Position numbers and translations under genes: made by a program | Notes under the pieces: model-generated | What the model saw: only the letters and a program-made list of their open reading frames with translations | Told to the model about the DNA's origin: nothing | The model's database searches: none | Assembly (NCBI GenBank): GCA_035559535.1 | Contig: DATMBG010000042.1 | Location: 62,001-126,000, forward strand | Direction of reading: 5' to 3' | Length of the DNA: 64,000 nt | Source of the DNA: Candidatus Limnocylindrales bacterium | GTDB taxonomy: Bacteria; Moduliflexota; Moduliflexia; Moduliflexales; JAUQPW01 | In this document: piece after piece, positions 1 through 8,491 of the stretch | Position numbering within the stretch: position 1 is the stretch's first letter | How the letters are laid out: every line of letters starts with the position of its first letter

Positions 1-192
1 ACCGGGGTTGGCATTGACAAAGCAAATCTCGAGAGAATCTTTGAGCCCTTTTTTACCACCAAAGCCAAGGGGAGTGGGCTAGGGTTACCCTTGGTTCGGC
101 AGATTCTTAAAGAGCATCGGGGAGAGATTGAGTGTATCAGTGAAAAGGGAGCCGGTACGACCTTTATCGTCTGGCTCCCTATAGCAAGATGA
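1..192 (+). CDS. Sensor histidine kinase, C-terminal HATPase_c fragment (5' end outside window)
   Basis: Frame 1 reads TGVGIDKANLERIFEPFFTTKAKGSGLGLPLVRQILKEHRGEI...TTFIVWLPIAR*, containing the G1, F and G2 boxes. Confidence 0.93.
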   Translation, partial: TGVGIDKANLERIFEPFFTTKAKGSGLGLPLVRQILKEHRGEIECISEKGAGTTFIVWLPIAR

Positions 193-351
193 GTATTTTA
201 TCCGATAAAGATGGAAGCTATCTTCAGAGCGTTAAGGGGCGACAATGGGTGGTATTTTTCATCTACTCAGGTCAGTTTCATATACAGGGTCCAACCATCA
301 TTTAGATCGACTCGAACTACGCCATAATCTCCACAGTCTTTCCCCATTTGC

Positions 352-464
352 CCTAAACCCCTGGATAAACTCAAGACAGGCTTGTCCACGTGTTTCTTTT
401 CTTCTATAATCCCCTTTAGAATTCCTACCTAAACCCCTGGATAAACTCAAGACAGGCTTGTCCA
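352..464. repeat. Two identical 37-bp direct repeats (352-388, 428-464), REP-like
   Basis: cctaaacccctggataaactcaagacaggcttgtcca occurs twice, 39 bp apart. Confidence 0.85.
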
Positions 465-937
465 AGGGTGAACATCGCACCAACCACAGCGTCCGACCAA
501 TAACCCATCTCAGTCGGAAATTGGCATCACCTCTTATACCAAATCAGTATTGAAATGGGGTATAAAGTAAGGACCGCCCCTCCCCAGGAGGCAACTTATT
601 CAATCCGAGCTGTTTCAAATCATGGACTCCTTGAGAATTTAAGGTTAGAAAACCCTCTAAAGAGAATGAATCCCCTGGTTTTAGATTAGACAAACATAAA
701 TCAAAAAAGTTGAAAATCAATAAAAATTTTCAGGTGATTTTTTGATTGCATCTCTAAGGAATTTAAGATATACAGGTAGAGTTTGAAAGTTAATGAATGT
801 TTTCCAAATTTGTTTGGAAAGGATATAAACCCAGCAATAGGGGAGAGAGTGATTAACCCATCTCAGAGAACAAAAGCTTAAAGGATCCGGGCGCTACCTG
901 GAGAGAAGGATTTAATTCCCAAAATAAAAAAGATTCT

Positions 938-3328
938 ATGTTAGAATTTTTGAAAAAGCTCCTGGCATTACCCCTAACCTCGATGGTGAGAACACTTGTT
1001 GTTTGGGGTTTTATTGATCTTTCGAAATTAGAAAAAGAGCTGAAAAGTGAACTCATCAAAGGATTGACCCTGATGACCCCGGATAATGCCCAATTGTACC
1101 ATTCAATCCAGCAAGAGTTGGCCGAGCATAAGCGGACGGAAGAACAGTTACAACAACGCATTGAGCAACTTCAGAGTATTTACCATCTCAACAGTGCCAC
1201 CAGCCGTGCAGAAGTTCTCGAAGAGATCTACACCGAAGCTCTGAACGCTTTGCAACGTACGTTGAAGGCGGATCGGGCTTCGGTGTTACTATTTGATCCG
1301 GATGGCATCATCCGCTTTAAAGCCTGGAGAGGACTTTCCGATAACTACCGAAAAGCTGGAGAAGGTCATTGTCCGTGGTCACGCCACGAAAAGAACCCAC
1401 AGCCGATCCTGGTTCCTGATGTGGAAAAGGAGCCGAGTTTGCAGTCTCTCCGACCCGCCATTTTAAAGGAGGGCATCCGGGCTCTCGGTTTCATTCCCCT
1501 GGTGTATCAAGGTCAGTTGTTAGGGAAATTTATGATTTATTATAACACCCTGCATGAGTTCACCGATGAGGAAGTTCAGTTGGCGCAAACCATCGCCAGT
1601 CATATTGCCTTTGCCATAGAGCGCAAGCGGGCGGAGGATGCGTTGCGAGAGAGTGAAGAACGATATGCCCTTGCTGCCCGTGGGGCTAACGATGGACTGT
1701 GGGATTGGAATTTGAAAACTGGTGAGATCTATTACTCTCCCCGTTGGAAGTCGATGCTCGGTTATGAGGAAAACGAGATCAAAAATAGCCTCGAGGAGTG
1801 GTTTAGCCGGGTGCATCCTGAGGACATTGAAAATTTAAAGGCACGAATCGATTTACATCTGGAAGGCCTCACTCCCTTTGAAAACGAACATCGGATGAAA
1901 CATAAGGACGGAACTTACCGCTGGATGCTAAGTCGAGGACTTGCAGTTCGAGATGCAGAAGGGAAGGCTTATCGCATGGCCGGTTCTCAGACCGATATTA
2001 CCGACCGTAAGGTGGCCGAAATGCAACTCTTGCATGATGCGTTTCACGATGCCTTAACAGGCCTACCCAATCGAGCTCTGTTCATGAATCGCCTGGAGCA
2101 TGCAACCGAGCGTTCAAAACGCCGTCAGAATTATCAGTTTGCGGTCCTCTTTCTGGACCTGGATCGCTTTAAGGTTGTTAATGATAGTCTGGGCCATCTG
2201 GCCGGAGATCAGCTCCTTGTTGAGATTGCTCGAAGGTTGGTGGAGTGTTTGCGCCCTGGAGATACCGTTGCCCGTCTGGGGGGAGATGAGTTTGCCATCC
2301 TTCTCGATGGGATCGAAAGTCTTAATGATGCCATTCGTGTTTCGGACAGGATCCAAAAAGAACTGATGTCCCCCTTCAATTTAAATGGACAGGAGGTCTG
2401 TACAACCACCAGCATAGGGATTGCGCTAAATACCATAGGGTATATCCAACCCGACGATCTTCTACGGGATGCCGATATTGCCATGTATCGGGCCAAAGCG
2501 CTGGGTAAGGCAAGGTATGCCGTGTTTGATGCCGGTATGCATACACGGGCTGTGGAACTCTTACACCTGGAGGCCAGCCTTCGACGAGCTATCGAACAGC
2601 AGGAGTTTCGACTTTATTACCAACCCATCCTATGTTTGAAAAGTGGTAAGATAACCGGAGTTGAGGCGCTCCTACGCTGGCAACACCCTCAGCGGGGTCT
2701 TATCTCTCCAGGGGAGTTTATCCCGGTTGCGGAAGAAACCGGATTGATTGTGGCCATCGGGGAATGGGTAATACAAACGGCATGCACACAAAGTAAAGCC
2801 TGGCAAGATATGGGCCTACCCCCACTCTTCGTGGCCATAAACCTGTCGGCTCGCCAGTTTCAGCATCAAAATTTGCTGGAGTTGATCAAAAAGATCCTTA
2901 AAGAGACGGGTATGGCTGCTCAAACCCTTAAACTGGAAATTACCGAAAGTATTGCCATGAGAGATCTCGATTTCAGCATCCCGATATTAAAAGAATTGAG
3001 TGCCATGGGAGTCCAGATCTTAATAGATGATTTTGGTACCTGTTATTCTTCACTGGGTTATTTAAACCGCTTTCCCATTAACGCCTTAAAAATTGATCAG
3101 TCTTTTGTGAAGGATATCCCAAACAATGCGGATAATGCGGCCATTATCAAAGCCATTATTGCCATGGCCCATAGTCTCAAGTTGAAAGTGATCGCCGAGG
3201 GAGTGGAAACCGAAGAACAGTTAACCTTTTTACGCTCGCAAGCCTGTGACGAGATCCAAGGTTACTTACTCAGCCACCCACTCCCTGCTGAGGTGTTTGC
3301 ACGCCTGTACCCCACCTTTTCCCTCTAA
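938..3328 (+). CDS. GAF-PAS/PAC-GGDEF-EAL diguanylate cyclase/phosphodiesterase (start uncertain)
   Basis: GAF region; PAS (GLWDWNL...HPED); HDALTGLPNR; RPGD I-site followed by GGDEF; VEALLRW; LEITE; IDDFGTCYSSL; AEGVE. Confidence 0.96.
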   Translation: MLEFLKKLLALPLTSMVRTLVVWGFIDLSKLEKELKSELIKGLTLMTPDNAQLYHSIQQELAEHKRTEEQLQQRIEQLQSIYHLNSATSRAEVLEEIYTEALNALQRTLKADRASVLLFDPDGIIRFKAWRGLSDNYRKAGEGHCPWSRHEKNPQPILVPDVEKEPSLQSLRPAILKEGIRALGFIPLVYQGQLLGKFMIYYNTLHEFTDEEVQLAQTIASHIAFAIERKRAEDALRESEERYALAARGANDGLWDWNLKTGEIYYSPRWKSMLGYEENEIKNSLEEWFSRVHPEDIENLKARIDLHLEGLTPFENEHRMKHKDGTYRWMLSRGLAVRDAEGKAYRMAGSQTDITDRKVAEMQLLHDAFHDALTGLPNRALFMNRLEHATERSKRRQNYQFAVLFLDLDRFKVVNDSLGHLAGDQLLVEIARRLVECLRPGDTVARLGGDEFAILLDGIESLNDAIRVSDRIQKELMSPFNLNGQEVCTTTSIGIALNTIGYIQPDDLLRDADIAMYRAKALGKARYAVFDAGMHTRAVELLHLEASLRRAIEQQEFRLYYQPILCLKSGKITGVEALLRWQHPQRGLISPGEFIPVAEETGLIVAIGEWVIQTACTQSKAWQDMGLPPLFVAINLSARQFQHQNLLELIKKILKETGMAAQTLKLEITESIAMRDLDFSIPILKELSAMGVQILIDDFGTCYSSLGYLNRFPINALKIDQSFVKDIPNNADNAAIIKAIIAMAHSLKLKVIAEGVETEEQLTFLRSQACDEIQGYLLSHPLPAEVFARLYPTFSL

Positions 3329-3338
3329 CCCTGGTTTC

Positions 3339-5465
3339 TCAACTCACCGAAGTACTCAGGGGTTGAGTCCGTTTGCAGCCATCTCGATATACCGCGACCG
3401 CTTTAAGCCCCATCTTCCAGGCCTCCATATATACCTGCCAGATGTCTTCAGGGGTCGCCTCCTGGGGCATATTAATGGTTTTGGACACTCCCCCCGACAA
3501 GAAAGGCTGAACGGCCCCTAACATCTTGAGATGACCGCTATAATGGATGGATCGGGTTCCTTTTGAGGGTTTGAACGCACAGTCAAAGACGGCAAGATGC
3601 TCCGGTTTTAGCCCCGGGGCTCCTTCAATGGTATCGTTCTGATCGATATACTCAACGATGGCGTGGATCTGCTCTGTAGAATAGCCCAACTTTTTCAAAG
3701 CCTCCGGAACCGTCCGGTTGACTATTTTGATTAAACCTCCCCCTGCCAGTTTTTTATATTTAACCAGACTGATATCCGGCTCCACCCCGGTGGTATCACA
3801 ATCCATGTAAAATCCTATAGTCCCTGTAGGAGCTAAAAGGGTGACCTGGGCATTCCGATACCCATACCGCTGGCCCATGCGATAAGCATCCTCCCAAACC
3901 TGTTCGGCCACCTCTATTAAAGATCGAGATATCTCTAGGCGGTCTATTTTAGCCAGATAAGAAATGTGTTTTTTAATGACCTTTAACATGGGTTCCCGAT
4001 TTACGGCATACTCCTGGAAGGGACCGAGTTCTCTGGCGATCATGGCAGAGGTTTTATAAGCCTGCCCACTCATGAGGGCTGTAATAGCTCCGGCATAAGC
4101 CCGGCCGGCATCGCTGTCATAGGGGAGACCCTCCGACATCAGAAGCGCTCCTAAATTGGCATATCCCAACCCCAGGGGACGAAATTTCTGGCTATTTCCC
4201 TGGATGGTTTGGGTGGGATAGCCGGAATTACCGACCAGGATCTCCATGGCGATGGTCATGATACTTACCACATGGCAGAACCCTGCTACATCCCAAGAAC
4301 CTTCATGGCGAAATTTCATTAGGTTTAGAGACCCCAGAATACAGGCCGAATTATCCAAAAACATGAATTCACTACAGGAGTTGGAAGCCTGAATACGACC
4401 GGAAGCCGGACAGGTATGCCAGTCATTGATGGTGGTATCGAATTGTAAACCGGGATCCCCACAGATATAGGCTGAATCCACGATCCGCTTCATTAGATCT
4501 CGAGCTGAATAGGTATCCACAACCTCGCCGGTAGTCACGGCCCGGGTTTGCCATTTCTTATCCTGTAAGACAGCCCACATAAAATCATCTGTAACCCGAA
4601 CGCTGTGGTTTGCGTTCTGAAAAGCCACCGTGTCATAGGCTCCACCGGACACATTAAATTCTCCGTTGTACCCGGCTTCGATGAGCGCCCAGGCTTTTTT
4701 CTCTTCATTGGCCTTGCAGTCGATAAATTCCAAAATATCCGGGTGATCTATATTCAAAATGGCCATCTTAGCGGCACGGCCTGTACGACCGCCACTTTTT
4801 ATGATACCCGCCATGGTATCACACCCCCGCATGAAGGAAACCGGTCCACTGGATTTACCACCTCCGGAGAGCTTCTCCTTAGAGGAACGTAAGGTAGAGA
4901 AATTGGTCCCGGTACCCGATCCATATTTAAAAAGTATTCCCTCTGTTTTAATGAGATCTAAAACCGACTCCAGAGTATCCTCCACAGAGTTGATAAAAGA
5001 TCCCGAACATTGGGGATGCTCTTCAATTCCTACGTTGAACCATACTGGGCTATTAAAAGCGGCTTTCTGATGAACTAAAATATGACAGAGTTCGTGGTAG
5101 AAGGTTTCGGCATCTTCACAGGAAGTAAAATACCCATCTTTAAGACCCCAATCCGTGATGGTTCGAGCAACACGATTAATCAAACTCTTGACACTCCGCT
5201 CTCGCCGGGGAGTTCCTAAAGCTCCATAAAAATATTTTCGTATGACTACATTGGTTGCCGTCTGAGACCAAAATTTCGGAACCTCCACCTCTCTCTGCTC
5301 AAAAATCGTTTCACCTTTTTCATCGGTAAAGCTGGCCACCCGGAGTTCCCATTCTACTTCCTCAAAGGGATGCACCTCCGGGGTGGTGTAAAATCTCTTT
5401 ATCTTTAAGCCCCTGGTTTTCGTTGAAATCGATGGAACTTCTCTATTTTTCATGGTTTTCAACAT
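3339..5465 (-). CDS. nrdJ: Class II (adenosylcobalamin-dependent) ribonucleotide reductase homolog, C-terminally short, with altered active-site motifs
   Basis: FNSPVWFN, SGPVSFM, NxCxE (ASNSCSE), RPLGLGYANLG, LLAPTGTI, VSKTIN, GLKAVAVYRDG; ends at QPLSTSVS. Confidence 0.9.
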   Translation of the reverse strand: MLKTMKNREVPSISTKTRGLKIKRFYTTPEVHPFEEVEWELRVASFTDEKGETIFEQREVEVPKFWSQTATNVVIRKYFYGALGTPRRERSVKSLINRVARTITDWGLKDGYFTSCEDAETFYHELCHILVHQKAAFNSPVWFNVGIEEHPQCSGSFINSVEDTLESVLDLIKTEGILFKYGSGTGTNFSTLRSSKEKLSGGGKSSGPVSFMRGCDTMAGIIKSGGRTGRAAKMAILNIDHPDILEFIDCKANEEKKAWALIEAGYNGEFNVSGGAYDTVAFQNANHSVRVTDDFMWAVLQDKKWQTRAVTTGEVVDTYSARDLMKRIVDSAYICGDPGLQFDTTINDWHTCPASGRIQASNSCSEFMFLDNSACILGSLNLMKFRHEGSWDVAGFCHVVSIMTIAMEILVGNSGYPTQTIQGNSQKFRPLGLGYANLGALLMSEGLPYDSDAGRAYAGAITALMSGQAYKTSAMIARELGPFQEYAVNREPMLKVIKKHISYLAKIDRLEISRSLIEVAEQVWEDAYRMGQRYGYRNAQVTLLAPTGTIGFYMDCDTTGVEPDISLVKYKKLAGGGLIKIVNRTVPEALKKLGYSTEQIHAIVEYIDQNDTIEGAPGLKPEHLAVFDCAFKPSKGTRSIHYSGHLKMLGAVQPFLSGGVSKTINMPQEATPEDIWQVYMEAWKMGLKAVAVYRDGCKRTQPLSTSVS

Positions 5466-5631
5466 GCTATGACCCTCCTGTTAAGGGACGGTCTGGGCCC
5501 TTCTTCCATTTCGAGAAGGAAAACTCGGACCCACTTATTTGCTAAAAAAATCAGGATCTGCTAAGGAAATTAGGAAGGCCAATAGGAAAGGAACAAGAGA
5601 AAGAGAGACGGAAGATCCTATTGTTGCTTCG

Positions 5632-5731
5632 CTATTTCCTTCGGCAACCCTTCTACCATAGTGTAAATAACACCTTAGGCAGTGGCTTTCCGTCCCGCTC
5701 TTTCGAGTGGTTTGGCTTTATCGAGAAATAA
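5632..5731 (-). ncRNA. Cyclic di-GMP-I (GEMM-I) riboswitch upstream of nrdJ
   Basis: Minus strand reads TATTTCTCGATAAAGCCAAACCACTCGAAAGAGCGGGACGGAAAGCCACTGCCTAAGGTGTTATTTACACTATGGTAGAAGGGTTGCCGAAGGAAATA: P2 with GAAA tetraloop, GGGACGGAAAGCC junction, CCTAA...ATGG receptor, GGTTGCCGA end. Confidence 0.9.
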
Positions 5732-5812
5732 CGTACGAATCTTGACAAAAACCTTTCCTCTGTCAAGAAACCCTTACAAGGAACCTATACTCAGGAAATG
5801 ACTTGGTGCTAA

Positions 5813-5829
5813 CGCAAGAACTATACCAC
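5813..5829 (-). promoter_or_regulatory. Putative sigma54 (-24/-12) promoter for the riboswitch-nrdJ transcript
   Basis: Minus strand TGGTAT-AGTTC-TTGC versus consensus TGGCAC-N5-TTGC, with correct spacing, about 80 bp upstream of the aptamer. Confidence 0.6.
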
Positions 5830-6411
5830 ATGATAAAATAAGTTTAATTAAGTTATTTTAGCCTCCCTAAGGAGAAAAAACCCAGGAGGTTGTCTTCTAA
5901 AAAACTGAAAATTCTTGCGGTTTTAAAACTTTATTTGTGGCAAAGAAACCACCGAATTTCTCCTGGAATCGGAATTAAAGTCCTATGCAGGAGAGGTAAC
6001 CCCATCTATGAAAATTATTTCAACCTTCTTCAAAACAGGAAGTTAACGGGTCAGACCTACGATTTTAGGCTACAGGACAGGAAATATCATCGCCTCCTCC
6101 TCCTTGCCCCACTTTTCAGGGATAGTTTTCTTCTAACCTCCTTTCCTTGCAGGGAAGAGGAATCGAAGGGGTTAGATCCCAAAAGTCTTCCTCCTCTTCC
6201 GAAGTTTCTAGATGAAGGAGGGGTGAGATACAGACCGGTCTTTTAAAGTATCTCTGGACCGGTTTCCCTCAGGCTGTTGTACTTGTGACAAAGAACCCTT
6301 ATATTAACATCAGGTGGGGAAGTTATCCGTTGGGGAATAGAAGGATTATAGGAAATCTGACGGGACTTTACCAACCTTTTAGATGGATCCTCAGGGTCAA
6401 CAAACTGTTTT

Positions 6412-7218
6412 ATGCAGGTTCATTTTTTAATCGAGAAAGGCTCCGGCCCCCTTAATGAAGATAATCTGGTCATAACCCAAAATATTTTTGGAGTCTTCGA
6501 TGGCGTAACCAGCCTGGATAATTACAGAGATCCCCACGGGAATACAGGCGGATTGCTTGCTTCCCGTATTGCCAAAAGGGTTTTTGAAAAAGGGGGTAAA
6601 CCCCTGGTCGATCTGGCCCTGGAAGCAAATTCTCTCCTCAGAGAGGAAATGCTCAAACATGGAATAGATCTTTCTAAAAAGGTCAGTTTATGGGGCACTA
6701 CCGCAGCCGTGATCCAAATCAACCGGGATACCTTCGATTGGATACAAATCGGGGACAGTCCAATCCTGGTCCTTTACGATAAGAATTCCTACAAACTGCT
6801 TGTGGAGGACTACGACCATGATCGGGAGACCCTCATTCTCTGGAAAGAACTGGCAGATAAGAAGATCAAAAATATCCGGGAATTTCTTTTGGAACCCTTA
6901 CAGAAAGCAAGGGAAAAAGCCAATGTTTCCTACGGTGTCCTTAACGGGGAAAGGGAGATGATCGGGTTCTTAAATCGAGGTACAGAAGATTTAGAAAATG
7001 TGAAACATATCCTTGTTTTTACCGATGGGTTGTTTATTCCCCAGGAGAACCCCCGGCATAAAGATCCTTTGGGTCTACTGGTAAGTCTCTTTTTAGAGGG
7101 GGGTCTAGAAAGGATAAGAGACTACGTAAGGGAAAGAGAAAAAAGCGATCCAGAATGTTGGAAATATCCGAGGTTTAAGCCCCACGATGATATAGCAGCT
7201 GTTTCGATTTCTTTTTAA
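6412..7218 (+). CDS. PP2C-like (PPM family) phosphatase domain protein
   Basis: NED, VFDGV, GTT, IGDS, FTDG and HDD motifs. Confidence 0.8.
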   Translation: MQVHFLIEKGSGPLNEDNLVITQNIFGVFDGVTSLDNYRDPHGNTGGLLASRIAKRVFEKGGKPLVDLALEANSLLREEMLKHGIDLSKKVSLWGTTAAVIQINRDTFDWIQIGDSPILVLYDKNSYKLLVEDYDHDRETLILWKELADKKIKNIREFLLEPLQKAREKANVSYGVLNGEREMIGFLNRGTEDLENVKHILVFTDGLFIPQENPRHKDPLGLLVSLFLEGGLERIRDYVREREKSDPECWKYPRFKPHDDIAAVSISF

Positions 7219-7765
7219 CAGGCTTGGAACGGTAGAACTTTGTCGCTGGTCCCGGTAATAGGTGATAAAAACAGTATTCTGGATGGTATGCTTCGCCGAC
7301 TTAGAGGAGTCGGAGCCACCCCTTAACCTGGCCCTCTCCACCTGCATATCCCCAACTGATTTAATCAAGCCATCAAGGAATCTTACAGTGTAGCAGGAAT
7401 GGCCGGCGGTGGAAGACCCTATTTGCTACAACCAGGCCGCCGGGGTTTTTCGGTCATTTAACATTGTCAAGTTAAATACCTTTGTTTCTTTAATGGAGAA
7501 ACCCTTTAATAGAGAAACTCCAAATAATCCTACGAAAGGGTCATAACCCATTGGGTCGCCACAAGGCATAAAAATCACAAGGCGATTTTCGTTGGGATTC
7601 CGAAGATTTTTTCCTTTTCATTCGTATAAATGAGTATAAATAGATATATGGCCTTCAAGGTGAAGGGATCTGAATAGATTGTTTTGTGTATGGACCAACT
7701 CCTGGATGCTTATCCAGCTTTATATTCAGGAGGGGGAGTTGGTATCCCATAGGAGGAAAAACGAA

Positions 7766-8206
7766 ATGAGAAAGGCAAGTTTAATTTGGTTAGTTACAGG
7801 TGCTTTACTCTGGGCTTCAGGGTGTACCGGATATAGTACCCAAACGGGAGCTGCTATCGGTGCCGGAGCCGGGGCCCTGGCCGGACAGGCCTTAGGTCAT
7901 AATACCCGGAGTACTTTACTTGGTACAGCCTTAGGGGGGATAACCGGAGCTGTGGTGGGAAATGCCATAGATAAATACAATGAACAGAGGTATGGTCCCC
8001 CCCCTCATCCTACCTGGGGTCGCTCTGATTATAATACCGGCTACGGTCATTGGGTAACCGTTCCAGGTCAATGGGTCCAGGGGCAATGGGTTCCAGAACA
8101 TCAGGTATGGGTTCCAGATTTACCGGGCTGGAATAGTTCTCCACAACTACCTCCGGTCCCCTTAAAGCAAGAGACTGTGATGAATAGATCCGGATACCCG
8201 GATTAG
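7766..8206 (+). CDS. Glycine-zipper lipoprotein with Trp-rich (WVxG) repeats
   Basis: AGGAGG at 7751 before ATG 7766; lipobox ASG-C; GAAIGAGAGALAG...GTALGGITGAVVG; GHWVTVPGQWVQGQWVPEH. Confidence 0.85.
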   Translation: MRKASLIWLVTGALLWASGCTGYSTQTGAAIGAGAGALAGQALGHNTRSTLLGTALGGITGAVVGNAIDKYNEQRYGPPPHPTWGRSDYNTGYGHWVTVPGQWVQGQWVPEHQVWVPDLPGWNSSPQLPPVPLKQETVMNRSGYPD

Positions 8207-8491
8207 TAGAGTATGGCCATCTGCTTGTTAATACCGATTATCAAACGAGGACGTTTAACCTACTGAATCCTTCTTTTTTTCTCCCTTGACAAATTCCGTC
8301 CAGAGCAGGATGGTAAAAGTAATCTCCGGGCAGGAAACGAATTTGTTTTCAAAGCAGAAAAGGATTGATAGAGGGAATTACCTCCTCGACGGCAGGTGGT
8401 CCTACCCTCCTCCAGGTTAGATAGCAAACCTGCAGGAGAGGTCTGCCACCTGGCCGGGCTGATAAGATACTCGATGGGCTCCGGTTGGGGT

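Noticed and set aside
352-464. CRISPR array
   Set aside because: Only two units, no cas genes or leader, and the sequence resembles a REP class
5470-5830. Cobalamin riboswitch or NrdR boxes upstream of nrdJ
   Set aside because: No B12-box or tandem NrdR-box pattern recognised; the element fits GEMM-I instead
5890-6246. 118-aa ORF
   Set aside because: TTG start, no motifs, and it runs through a palindromic repeat
7219-7460. Possible structured ncRNA after the PP2C gene
   Set aside because: Only short local hairpins; no match to RNA families I can recognise
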